A stretch of 64,000 nt of DNA from Candidatus Poribacteria bacterium (GTDB taxonomy: Bacteria; Poribacteria; WGA-4E; JAJDTR01): positions 3,948,479 through 4,012,478 of the forward strand of contig OZ246960.1 in NCBI GenBank assembly GCA_965232235.1, in the 5' to 3' direction. Positions 35,703-44,827 of this stretch are shown here, in pieces. The position numbers and the translations under genes are program-made. The notes under the pieces were generated by a model, which worked only from the letters and a program-made list of their open reading frames with translations, was not told the origin of the DNA and ran no database searches. How positions within the stretch are numbered: position 1 is the stretch's first letter; every line of letters starts with the position of its first letter.

Positions 35703-37595
35703 TTGATGAAATGTTCGCTCTACACCGTTCTTGTGTTGCTATGGGCGCTAGCATCACCCCTAGCGGCACAACCCGTGCACATACCCGACCCAAACCTACG
35801 CACCGCCGTGCGCGAATCCATTGATCTTCCAAATGGCGCACCGATTACTCGTGATGCTATGCTTCAGTTGATTAAGCTTCGTCCTGGAAGCCGCGGCATT
35901 GAAAATCTATCCGGTGTGGAGTTCGCAAAAAACCTCAGAGAACTATCAATCTGGGGCAACCCCATAACCGACCTCAGTCCTATCGCCGGACTGACTAAGT
36001 TGGAACTGCTGTACATGTGGGGGACACCGATTTCGGATATTACACCACTAGCGAATCTGGCGAATCTGATAAATTTGCGTCTGAACTATTGCAACGTTGC
36101 CGATATAAGCCCAGTTGCACATTTGCTTAAACTTGAGAAACTGTCATTAGCCGGAAATGGGATCGCCGACGTTGGACCTCTTGCCAATTTAACGCAACTC
36201 CGACTCCTCAACCTCGAAAACAATGGCATTGTGGATGTGCGTCCGTTGGCGGGCCTGCGTCGATTAGAAACATTAACAATAGAGAACAACCGTATAACAG
36301 ACCACAGTCCACTTGACGTATTGATGTTAGACCACTTTTCACACGACCTCGATACGCCGTGCGACATGGCGCCGCTGCCTTTGGAGCCGCGCATCGAAGG
36401 CAGAAACTTTCCATCTCTTTTCACCGCGTGGAGCGATAAAGATCGGTGGCCAATGTTCGATTTGATTTTTTGCTGTCCCCGGTTCGACGCCCGGCTTCGT
36501 GAAATAGGAGACGGGTTTCATTTCCGCACGGCTCACGCATCGTGGGAAGGGCCAGCTAGCGTGCGCGACGCTTACTTGGCGCGAAATCCAAATATGGTGT
36601 TCCTCCACGGTCTGTCTGTTATTATCCATGAGCTTGACAGCTTGCCCGAAGATTCTCCCTACTGGCTGCGTGATGAGCACGGCGGCATAGTCGTTAAATG
36701 GGGCATTTACGGCTTAATGGATCTTAATCATCCGGGTTGGCAGCAGCGGATGATTGACATCGCGGTGACGATAGACCGGTGTGGTTTGTACGACGGAATT
36801 TTTGTCGACGCATGGGGTAAAGGAGGACATCCTGGACAGGTAGCTATTCTGAAAGGAATACGCGAACGGGTGAGGGACAACTTTCTTATTATGGTCAACA
36901 CGAATTACAATCAAGCACCCGCCTCGGCGCCGTACATCAACGGATTATTTATGGAAACCGTTTTCCCGCAAAGAAAACGCGATCCTGAAGACATTGAATC
37001 GCGGTTGGTTACAATTGAAAATACTCTGAAATGGGCGGAAAGCACACTGCTGGAGCCCCGAATTACGGGACTCTGTGGCGACTACTATAGCGATCAACCA
37101 CCGGACAGCCCGACGAATACGCGGTGGATGCGGGCTATGACTACCTTGGGGCTGACGTTTAGCGACGATTATGTCGCTTTCCCGTTACGACATGGACCTT
37201 GGTACGATTTTTGGAACGCCGACCTCGGACGCCCGGTCGGAGAAACGCTGCAACTTTATGACAGTCGAGAGGGGCTTTATATCCGGGAATTCACGAACGG
37301 TTGGGCGGTGTATAACCACAGCGGGGCGGCTCAGATTGTTACACTGCCCGAGGAAGTTCAATCGGCGGCAACCGGTATAAGCAATACAGATCACCCCGTA
37401 CTCAACCTGGACGGCGACATCTTTCTCCGCATAGAGGCTTCGTTGCCGGGCGATCTTAACGGCGACGGCACGGTTAACATTCTGGATTTAATTATTGTTG
37501 CCGAATCAATCGGCACGGACAAACGCGAGGCTGCCTTGAACGGCGACGGTGTGGTGAACGTGTTCGATTTGGTTTTCGTCGCGAATGCTTTTTAG
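35703..37595 (+). CDS. secreted leucine-rich-repeat protein with a central uncharacterised (possibly glycoside-hydrolase-like) domain and a C-terminal dockerin module
   Basis: The signal peptide is MMKCSLYTVLVLLWALASPLAA. About 8 LRRs of 22 aa are present (L..L..L.L..N.I.D..PLA). The C-terminal tandem Ca-binding dockerin repeats read DLNGDGTVNILDLIIV and LNGDGVVNVFDLVFV. Confidence 0.8.
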   Translation: MMKCSLYTVLVLLWALASPLAAQPVHIPDPNLRTAVRESIDLPNGAPITRDAMLQLIKLRPGSRGIENLSGVEFAKNLRELSIWGNPITDLSPIAGLTKLELLYMWGTPISDITPLANLANLINLRLNYCNVADISPVAHLLKLEKLSLAGNGIADVGPLANLTQLRLLNLENNGIVDVRPLAGLRRLETLTIENNRITDHSPLDVLMLDHFSHDLDTPCDMAPLPLEPRIEGRNFPSLFTAWSDKDRWPMFDLIFCCPRFDARLREIGDGFHFRTAHASWEGPASVRDAYLARNPNMVFLHGLSVIIHELDSLPEDSPYWLRDEHGGIVVKWGIYGLMDLNHPGWQQRMIDIAVTIDRCGLYDGIFVDAWGKGGHPGQVAILKGIRERVRDNFLIMVNTNYNQAPASAPYINGLFMETVFPQRKRDPEDIESRLVTIENTLKWAESTLLEPRITGLCGDYYSDQPPDSPTNTRWMRAMTTLGLTFSDDYVAFPLRHGPWYDFWNADLGRPVGETLQLYDSREGLYIREFTNGWAVYNHSGAAQIVTLPEEVQSAATGISNTDHPVLNLDGDIFLRIEASLPGDLNGDGTVNILDLIIVAESIGTDKREAALNGDGVVNVFDLVFVANAF

Positions 37596-37647
37596 TTCAA
37601 AGTAATTCAACGTCGCCGCACTTCGGGCACAACTGAACGGATGACAC

Positions 37648-38187
37648 ATGAAAAGTAAATGGTCCCTAGACAAGATTGGATTCGTTCGCGCCTTTTTTGC
37701 TATTTTGGTAATTCGGCTCGTGTTCTTTTATCATACCCCGTCTTTGACTTTAGTTTACCTTGGTTATCTGGCAACCCAATCAATCGTCGTATTAATGTTG
37801 TTATTCCCTGTTTGGGCGATTGCCAGTGGATTCAACCGTGCCACGATGCCCAGTGTGTTTTGTTGGAGAGGCCGCATCACACGATTGAAATGGTTATCCA
37901 TCATCCCGATAAACCTTTTAAATATCCTTTTAATCGTATTCGCTTATTCCCATTCTTACGTAACGTGGAGTATGGGCGCGCTGGCATGGATGGTGTTTAT
38001 CAGCCCTTGGATAACAGCGGTGTCAACGACAAAACGTCTTCACGATATCAACAAATCTGGTTGGTGGCAGCTGTTATTGTGGTTGATACCAGTGTTTGGT
38101 CCGTTGGCCGCTATTATCGTGCTGGGTTGTTTTAAGGGCACTGTAGGGCCAAATCCATTTGGAGCGGATCCCAAAGCGCCGACATAA
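37648..38187 (+). CDS. DUF805-family inner-membrane protein
   Basis: Motif RLHDINKSGWWQLLLWLIPVFGPLAAIIVLGCFKGTVGPNPFG. Confidence 0.75.
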   Translation: MKSKWSLDKIGFVRAFFAILVIRLVFFYHTPSLTLVYLGYLATQSIVVLMLLFPVWAIASGFNRATMPSVFCWRGRITRLKWLSIIPINLLNILLIVFAYSHSYVTWSMGALAWMVFISPWITAVSTTKRLHDINKSGWWQLLLWLIPVFGPLAAIIVLGCFKGTVGPNPFGADPKAPT

Positions 38188-38475
38188 TGACGACTGATAA
38201 TTTGACAGGTGCTTGGTTCATTGGTTCGATTATTTGGCACACCAACCCTAGCTTCTCACGCCGCTTTTTCACAACTGCCAAATCTTTCGCATTCTCTTTT
38301 TCGCTTCAGCGGGGCGCTACGTCTGTAGCAAACCGTAAACCCCACTTGCACTCCAGCCTGCGATTACGCGAGCAATGCACGAGTCATCAAGGGAGATCAA
38401 TCGAAGGGACAGATCAACTGAGCGAATAACGCAGCCGGAAGTAAATCCTGTGCCCGGTCTTTGGTTAATCAATAC

Positions 38476-38656
38476 GGCAAACTGCCATTAAATCCTCGAT
38501 TCCCTCCCTCACCGCCCACCACCCCTCCCAATCCGTGAAATCCGTGTAATCTGCGTAATCTGTGATTCAGACCACCCACCACCATTTCCACTCTCACCGC
38601 CGCCCCTAATCCTGCCAATCCAAAAATCACATGAATCACAGTTCAGACAATCCCCT
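38476..38656. repeat. ~180-bp direct repeat, copy 1 (strand-asymmetric, C/A-rich, G-poor)
   Basis: It is ~90% identical to 38881..39069. It contains the short tandem unit AATCCGTG / AATCTGCG. Confidence 0.6.
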
Positions 38657-38788
38657 TCACCAACCACCCCGTCGCCACTCTGCCCCGTCCTCTACAGGTC
38701 GCGATGCCCCACTCCCCCGTGAAATCAAACCGGCGGACAAAGAGCGCTATCCGAATCATCAACCCCGACACAATTCCCATATTCCAAT

Positions 38789-38855
38789 CTCCCCACTGCA
38801 GCGCAGTACAATGTCAATAGAAACGAACGATACCCGTACACGCACTCCAGCGGAG
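38789..38855. repeat. dispersed ~67-bp element, copy B
   Basis: It matches 22324..22390. It lies between the two ~180-bp direct repeats. Confidence 0.5.
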
Positions 38856-38880
38856 TGCAATGTTTTTGGTTTATCCCTGC

Positions 38881-39069
38881 GGCAAACCGCCATCAAATCC
38901 TCAGTTCCCTCCCCCGACTCCCACCATCCCTCCCAATCCGTGAAATCCGTGAAATCCGTGTAATCTGCGTAATCTGTGCTTCAGACCACCCACCACCATT
39001 TCCACTCTCACCGCCACCCCTAATCCTGCCAATCCAAAAATCACATGAATCACAGTTCAGACAATCCCC
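38881..39069. repeat. ~180-bp direct repeat, copy 2
   Basis: See copy 1. This copy has one extra AATCCGTG unit. Confidence 0.6.
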
Positions 39070-39238
39070 CTCACTGGCGACTGCTCACTGGTCACTAAAC
39101 ACTGCATTTCCCACTCTCACCACTCGCCACCGATCACTGCTTTTCTCTCCCCTCCCACTCCCTCTTGTCTTCCCCGCTCTACACTCATCACTCTCCACTG
39201 CTTTTCCCTTTCTACAATGTTAGATTTTTCATTATCGC

Positions 39239-39267
39239 TTGACAAGTCCACCATAACATGCTATTAT
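39239..39267 (+). promoter_or_regulatory. near-consensus sigma70 promoter TTGACA-N17-TATTAT
   Basis: Perfect -35 box, 17-nt spacer, and a -10 matching 5 of 6. It lies ~265 nt upstream of ATG 39533. Confidence 0.45.
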
Positions 39268-39397
39268 TGTAACTGAATTTATCTCGTGTTGACATTGTGG
39301 CATTAGACCACATTCGCGGCGGTTGACCATACGATGAATCAACGCAAGCCGCTGTCAACTGAACTGACTCATAAAGAGAGCCCATTTGAGGCCAAAC

Positions 39398-39438
39398 CTG
39401 TTGTCAATCAACAGTTAGCCTTAAGTGGGCTTTTTTTG
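39398..39438 (+). terminator. leader hairpins plus T7 tract (attenuator-like) between the promoter and the terminase-operon RBS
   Basis: CTGTTG-tcaat-CAACAG, then a short GCC/GGC stem, then TTTTTTT. Confidence 0.3.
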
Positions 39439-39532
39439 TTCCATCTGACCGCTGAACAACTGATTTGCCGGAGTAAATTTTCTGTTGCCGCTTGTGGCTG
39501 TTCATTCACCACCTTATCTTAGGAGTTCCTGT

Positions 39533-40093
39533 ATGAAACACGTTCAAATCAAACTCACGGACGAAGAGCGTGCCGATACCATCTATCAACGGGTCTGGCA
39601 CAATACCACCACAACTGCTATTGTCGACGCCCTTATAAAGGCGCATCCCGAATGGAAGGATGTGCCTCGGCGAATAATCCAAGACGCCACGCGAACCTGC
39701 AATCCGTTCCACAGTAAATTCGCGGAAAAATGGAAGCCAATCTATGAAAGCACTCTCAAGCACTTTCAAGCAGAGCGAGAAAGACACACCCAAGGCACGT
39801 CATTACACGCCTCCATGGCAATTTTTAAGCTAATCGACAAAGTGCTTGAAGGTGTCGATCGCGTCGAATTACAAAGCCCGAATGATGTGCTGTCAATTGC
39901 CCGTAGTATTGCGCCGATTAGAAAAGTCCTAACGCTGAGCATCAGCGCCAACTCAAGTGACGAAGATAATGACGAAGATAATTCCAAGCAAGGACATGAT
40001 GCAAGCGATGCCGCACTGCGAACGCTGGAGAGTCTTGGACACTGTACGCAAGAAGATGAAAAACAATCAAGAAGACGAAGCCGCGATGATTAG
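39533..40093 (+). CDS. hypothetical protein, positional candidate for terminase small subunit
   Basis: AGGAG lies 7 nt upstream of the ATG. Its stop overlaps the terminase large-subunit start (ATGATTAG). It has an acidic, Ser/Asp-rich C-terminus. No direct homology is recognised. Confidence 0.5.
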   Translation: MKHVQIKLTDEERADTIYQRVWHNTTTTAIVDALIKAHPEWKDVPRRIIQDATRTCNPFHSKFAEKWKPIYESTLKHFQAERERHTQGTSLHASMAIFKLIDKVLEGVDRVELQSPNDVLSIARSIAPIRKVLTLSISANSSDEDNDEDNSKQGHDASDAALRTLESLGHCTQEDEKQSRRRSRDD

Positions 40094-41768
40094 GGCGCAC
40101 GCCGGCTACCGGTGGCCCGAGCTTTTCGTCTGGTTGTACATCAGAAACATCAGCTACCGCATGCTAGAACTCAAACCATTCCACATCCAAATCCTCAACG
40201 CCATCAGACCCGGCGAATACGGTAAGCAGATTAACATTCAAGCCCCGCGCGGCACCGGCAAAACCACCCTCGTCAACCGCCTAATCCCCCTATGGCGAAT
40301 CTGCTACAAAGCATTCGATCTCGCCATGGGCCGCCAACCCGAAGAATTCATCCTCATCGTCGGTCGCGACGCAGACAAGGCGCGCCAACGTATTTCCGAA
40401 ATCCGCGAAGTGCTCGAATACAACCCCCTAATCAGACGCGACTTCGGCGACCTCGTCGGTTCTCCATGGACAAAAAACGAAACCGACACCCGCAACGGCA
40501 TCGGACTGAGACCTCTCGGACGCGGTTCCTCCCCTCGCGGCGCCCTCCTCGGCGATGTGCGGCCAACACTCAAGCTCTGCGACGACATCGAAGACCCCAA
40601 GCGCTGCCTCAATCCCAAGCTACGGCAAGAAGACAGAGAATGGTTCATGACCGACTTCATGTACGCCGGTGATCTCGGTAGCACGCATTCCAACACCATG
40701 ATAGTCGATACCGTCAAACACCCCGAATCCCTCTCCGAACACCTCCGCACCCTACCCGGTTGGCGGACGCTGCGGTATGAAGCCGTCCGCGATCCCAAAG
40801 ACATCTACCACCCCACCGCCGAGCACCTCTGGAAAGAGTGGGAACGTATCTACAGCGACACGACGCTCGACGACGAGCAACGCCAACGGCAAGCGCAAGA
40901 ATTTCACGAGGAACACCGCCGCGAAATGGATTCCGGCGTGCAGATGCTATGGCCCGAGCAGCTGCCGTACCTCCAGGTCCGCAAAGAAATCGTCGAGCGC
41001 GGCTACCACAACGTCATGCGCGAACTCCAGAACGACGCCCGCGATCCGTCAATGGCATTGTTCAACATGGATAACGCGCTGACGTTTGCCGTCACCGACG
41101 AAGGCTTTCGCCGTTCCGATGGGCGTGTTGTGCCATGGCACGATATGGGCGGCTTCGTAACATACCTCGACACCATGGGCGGGCGCGATGCCGCCGAAAA
41201 TAGTTTCGCGTGTGCTGTTGTCGTCGTTTGGGAACCGCTGATTGGCGGTCAATCGCTTAACCCCGATTCGCTCTCCGGTGTGAACGGATACATACTGCTC
41301 GCCTGGCTCGACCGCGTCGCACTCACCGAGCAAATGGAGCGCGCCATCCTCCTCGCCCAGCGCGCCGAGGCGATGTTGGCGCCGGCGCATCCCAAATCCC
41401 ACTTCGTTTGCGAACAGCGCCCCGACAAAGACGGCACCATCCGCAAATCGACCGACGATGCCTTCCGTGCCATGAAAGAGCGCCACCGCTTTGAACGTAG
41501 AATCATGTATCACGACCAGCACCAGAACAAAGAAGACCGTATAGCCACCCTTGAGCCAGCCATAGCCAACGGATGGCTCGCCTTCAACGAGCGGGACTTG
41601 CCTCCCGAATTTTGGACCCAGTTTCGCCAATTCCCGTCGGCGGACCACAACGACGCCCCCGACGCCGTCCAAGGCGCGGTACGATCGCGCATCACCACTA
41701 CCGCGAAACAACGCGCCGATCTATCTGCCGCGCGTCGATTCAACCGCAACTCCGTCGTGCGACTGTAA
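40086..41768 (+). CDS. terL: phage terminase large subunit (ATPase plus RNase-H-like nuclease)
   Basis: Q-motif/Walker A region is HIQILNAIRP...QAPRGTGKTT. Nuclease motifs are YLDTMGGRDAAENSFACAVVVVW and FPSADHNDAPDAVQGAV. The start ATG overlaps the upstream stop. GC is high. Confidence 0.8.
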   Translation: MIRAHAGYRWPELFVWLYIRNISYRMLELKPFHIQILNAIRPGEYGKQINIQAPRGTGKTTLVNRLIPLWRICYKAFDLAMGRQPEEFILIVGRDADKARQRISEIREVLEYNPLIRRDFGDLVGSPWTKNETDTRNGIGLRPLGRGSSPRGALLGDVRPTLKLCDDIEDPKRCLNPKLRQEDREWFMTDFMYAGDLGSTHSNTMIVDTVKHPESLSEHLRTLPGWRTLRYEAVRDPKDIYHPTAEHLWKEWERIYSDTTLDDEQRQRQAQEFHEEHRREMDSGVQMLWPEQLPYLQVRKEIVERGYHNVMRELQNDARDPSMALFNMDNALTFAVTDEGFRRSDGRVVPWHDMGGFVTYLDTMGGRDAAENSFACAVVVVWEPLIGGQSLNPDSLSGVNGYILLAWLDRVALTEQMERAILLAQRAEAMLAPAHPKSHFVCEQRPDKDGTIRKSTDDAFRAMKERHRFERRIMYHDQHQNKEDRIATLEPAIANGWLAFNERDLPPEFWTQFRQFPSADHNDAPDAVQGAVRSRITTTAKQRADLSAARRFNRNSVVRL

Positions 41769-41789
41769 AACTGATTCAAAATCTCAGCT

Positions 41790-42260
41790 ATACGTAGCGT
41801 GGAATCAAGAGAGTGAATAGCGACCGCGATAGAGATCCCCTGCCCACCATTCCATATTTCCGTCGGGTGGGAGGGGCATCTTGCCCCGATTGATTACGAA
41901 ACGATCAACTGACCGAATCGTATCAAGCGAATGAATAATAAGCGATCAACCGACTGATTAAGGAGGGCGATAGGAATTCCGCCTCTGTAGGAGCGATCTC
42001 CGAATCGCGACAATCCTAAAACGAGTCATCAATCCGCTATATGTAGGGTGGAATCAAGCGAATGGATAGTGAGCGATCAAGGGAGATCAAACGAACGATC
42101 AAAGGAATGAATAATGACTGCGATAGAAATCCCATAGAGATCTTTGCGCGATAGAAAGTCCTGATAGAAATCCCTCGACCTCCCGGTCGCGATTTCCTCT
42201 TTGCGCGTAAGTTCTGGACTGAACTAAACAATTACGTAAATCTTGTAGCGATCAACTGAG
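41790..42260. repeat. cluster of short dispersed word repeats (GCGATAGARATCCC, CTGTAGGAGCGAYCTCC..TCGCGA, GATCAAGGGAGATCAA, GCGATCAACYGA)
   Basis: The same words occur at 22250-22420 and 38390-38420. They are irregularly spaced and therefore not a CRISPR array. Confidence 0.5.
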
Positions 42261-42500
42261 TCGAAGGTTGGGTTGAACGGAAATCCGTTAGTAACCGCTA
42301 ATTTTGTAGACGTTTTCGAGTGCCTACGTCGCTTGAACGTGCAAAGTTTGAAGGAAACCCAACTCGTTCTACCATCATGAGATTTCCTCTTCAATTATAT
42401 ATGTCTCCCTGAACTTCGAAGCCTTTTCGCTTGTCAGTTTTCACATACTTTGCTATAATCGAAACTCCCGAAACAAGGCATTGTCAGCAACAAATCCGAA

Positions 42501-43850
42501 ATGCCAGGTTCATCAAACGAAATTGAAAGGAATAACATCGTGAGGAAACTACGCATCATCATCCCGTACTTAGTTTTTGCACTGTGTGTGGTGACTTTAT
42601 CCGCAGACGCTGACGAAACTCTGACCATTGCATGGGCAGAGTGGCCGCCAGCGGATTATCTGCAGGAATTGTCCAAGGATTTTACGGAAGAAACAGGGAT
42701 CACGGTTGAAGTCATTCAAATTCCCTGGCCCAGCTTTCAAGATCAAATTTTCACGGCGTTTGTCGGCAAGAGTAACCGCTACGATATTGTCATAGGCGAC
42801 AGCCAGTGGCTCGGAAGAAATTCTGTGGGAGGACACTATATTGAATTGACGGATTGGATAAACGAGAATATCGCGGTCGACGAAATTTATGGGCCGGCAA
42901 TGACCGCATTCGCCGAATACCCGAAGGGCAGCAAGGAATATTGGGCGCTTCCCGCCGAGGTGGATGCCAATGGCTATGTCTATCGTACGGATCTATTTAA
43001 CGACCCGCAGGAAATGAGTGCGTTCAAGGCAAAATACGGTTATGAGTTGGCTCCACCCAAAACCTACAAAGAGATGAGGGATGTTGCCGAATTCTTTACC
43101 AGACCGCCGGATTTGTACGGTATAGCGACCTACTTCAGCAAAGAGTACGATGGCATCACGATGGGATTCCAGCAGGTGATGTGGTCGTTCGGGGGATCGT
43201 ACGGCGATCCGGAGACGCACAGGGTCGACGGTTTCATCAACAGCGACGACTCCGTCAAGGCGTTGGAATACTATATTGAACTCACCAAATATTCTCCTCC
43301 CGACGCTCCAAACTACTATTGGCAAGAGACGCTGGATGCCTATAAGTCGGGAAAAGTCGCTATGGCGATGGACTATTACGCATTCCTTCCCGCGGCAGTA
43401 TCCTCGGATTCGAATCCAATGTATCACGATAAGAGTGACTTCTTCATTGCTCCGGCCGGTCCCAAAGGGCATTACATCAGCATCGGCGGACAAGGGATGT
43501 CGATTTCGTCCTACTCCAAAAACATGGATACCGCCAAGAAGTACATGAAGTGGTTTATGCAGAAGCCGGTACAGGAAAAATGGGCTTTGCTCGGCGGGTT
43601 CTCGCCCCACAAGGAGGTTTTGCAATCCGATACCTTCTTGAATGCCACGCCGTTCAATAGAGCGTTTGCAGCCAGTTTCCCGTATCTGCGCGATTTCTGG
43701 GCGGTGCCGGAGTATGCGGAACTATTGGAGGCGTGTCAGACAAACTGGAACGCCGCTATTGTCGGCTTAAAATCGGCGAAGGACGCCTTGGACGAAATTG
43801 CAAGGAAGCATGAAGCTATCTTCGAGGAAGCTGGCTATTACGATGAATAA
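42501..43850 (+). CDS. carbohydrate ABC transporter substrate-binding protein (family 1 extracellular solute-binding)
   Basis: It has a signal peptide and an SBP fold pattern. It is followed by permease and ATPase genes. An alternative GTG start at 42540 is possible. Confidence 0.85.
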   Translation: MPGSSNEIERNNIVRKLRIIIPYLVFALCVVTLSADADETLTIAWAEWPPADYLQELSKDFTEETGITVEVIQIPWPSFQDQIFTAFVGKSNRYDIVIGDSQWLGRNSVGGHYIELTDWINENIAVDEIYGPAMTAFAEYPKGSKEYWALPAEVDANGYVYRTDLFNDPQEMSAFKAKYGYELAPPKTYKEMRDVAEFFTRPPDLYGIATYFSKEYDGITMGFQQVMWSFGGSYGDPETHRVDGFINSDDSVKALEYYIELTKYSPPDAPNYYWQETLDAYKSGKVAMAMDYYAFLPAAVSSDSNPMYHDKSDFFIAPAGPKGHYISIGGQGMSISSYSKNMDTAKKYMKWFMQKPVQEKWALLGGFSPHKEVLQSDTFLNATPFNRAFAASFPYLRDFWAVPEYAELLEACQTNWNAAIVGLKSAKDALDEIARKHEAIFEEAGYYDE

Positions 43851-43916
43851 ATTCGGAATCACGGACATACTGTTAAGGGCAGCCCCCTCTGCCCTTTTCT
43901 ATTATCTGGGACATAG

Positions 43917-44822
43917 ATGCCATCCACCCGTTTTTCACGCGGATTAAGCGACTACCAAATCAAGATGATGTTCATCATGCCGACGATGATCTTACTCATC
44001 TTGATGAATATCTTTCCACTTCTTTGGTCGCTTTACCTAAGTTTTCACCGATACAGAGCCTCCATGCCCGGCCGTCCGCCGAAGTTCATCGGGGTTCAGA
44101 ATTATGCCCGCCTGCTTTCAGATCCGGAAATATGGGGATACTTCCAGACGACCGCTTATTTCGTTATTCTCGCTGTTGCCGCCCAATTCCTCATCGGTTT
44201 TGGATTGGCGCTGTTGCTCAATCGTGAGTTCCGCCACAAAGGGTTAATCACCACACTGCTGCTGTTACCGATGATGCTCTCGCCCGTTGTTGTCGGACTA
44301 TTCTGGCGATTCATCCTTGCCTCGGACGGTTCCGGACTACTCAACTTTTTTCTAAGCCCATTCTTAAATTCACCCATCGGTTGGACAACCAATCCCAAGA
44401 TTGCAATGATTGCCGTGGTCATCGTGGACACTTGGATGTGGTCTCCGTTCATGATGCTAATCGCATTGGCGGGGTTGTCTGCTGTCCCGAAATATCTTTA
44501 CGAAGCTGCGGATGTGGACCGCGCCTCAAGTTGGTTCAAGTTTCGGTGGATAACATTACCGCTGGTCTCACCGCTTTTACTAATTGCCCTGCTATTTCGG
44601 ACAATGGATGCGTTCAAGATGTTTGACATCGTGTATGTGCTTACCAGAGAAGGCGGACCTGGGACTGCCACGGAAACGGTGTCTATGAATCTCTACAAGT
44701 TGGCGTTCAGGAACTACAACACAGGCAAGGCGTGTGCCATGGCTTACATTCTCCTCATCATCATCGTGGCGTTAAGCAACATCTACGTCAAATATCTGAA
44801 CAAGGTCAAGGCAGAAACGTAA
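43917..44822 (+). CDS. carbohydrate ABC transporter permease (MalF/UgpA-like)
   Basis: Six TM helices with the EAA-loop region (EAADVDRASSWFKFRWITLP). Confidence 0.85.
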   Translation: MPSTRFSRGLSDYQIKMMFIMPTMILLILMNIFPLLWSLYLSFHRYRASMPGRPPKFIGVQNYARLLSDPEIWGYFQTTAYFVILAVAAQFLIGFGLALLLNREFRHKGLITTLLLLPMMLSPVVVGLFWRFILASDGSGLLNFFLSPFLNSPIGWTTNPKIAMIAVVIVDTWMWSPFMMLIALAGLSAVPKYLYEAADVDRASSWFKFRWITLPLVSPLLLIALLFRTMDAFKMFDIVYVLTREGGPGTATETVSMNLYKLAFRNYNTGKACAMAYILLIIIVALSNIYVKYLNKVKAET

Positions 44823-44827
44823 AGATT

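Noticed and set aside
38631-39223. Two + strand ORFs (110 and 122 aa) through the C/A-rich repeats
   Set aside because: The translations are Pro/Ser/His low-complexity. They are an artefact of a stop-poor, G-poor repeat sequence.
38430-39330. Possible CRISPR array suggested by short repeated words (AATCCGTG, CCACCCACCACCATTTCCACTCTCACCGCC) and two ~180-bp repeats
   Set aside because: The repeats are of unequal length and irregularly spaced. No 28-37-bp unit alternates with unique spacers, and no cas genes are present.
40292-41082. Arg-rich alternative-frame ORFs (126, 166, 101 and 78 aa) inside the terL gene
   Set aside because: They are typical high-GC off-frame ORFs. TerL motifs define the real frame.
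41790-42260. Possible CRISPR array or tRNA cluster in the word-repeat region downstream of terL
   Set aside because: The words recur at irregular intervals and in different orders. No cloverleaf-compatible segments are seen.
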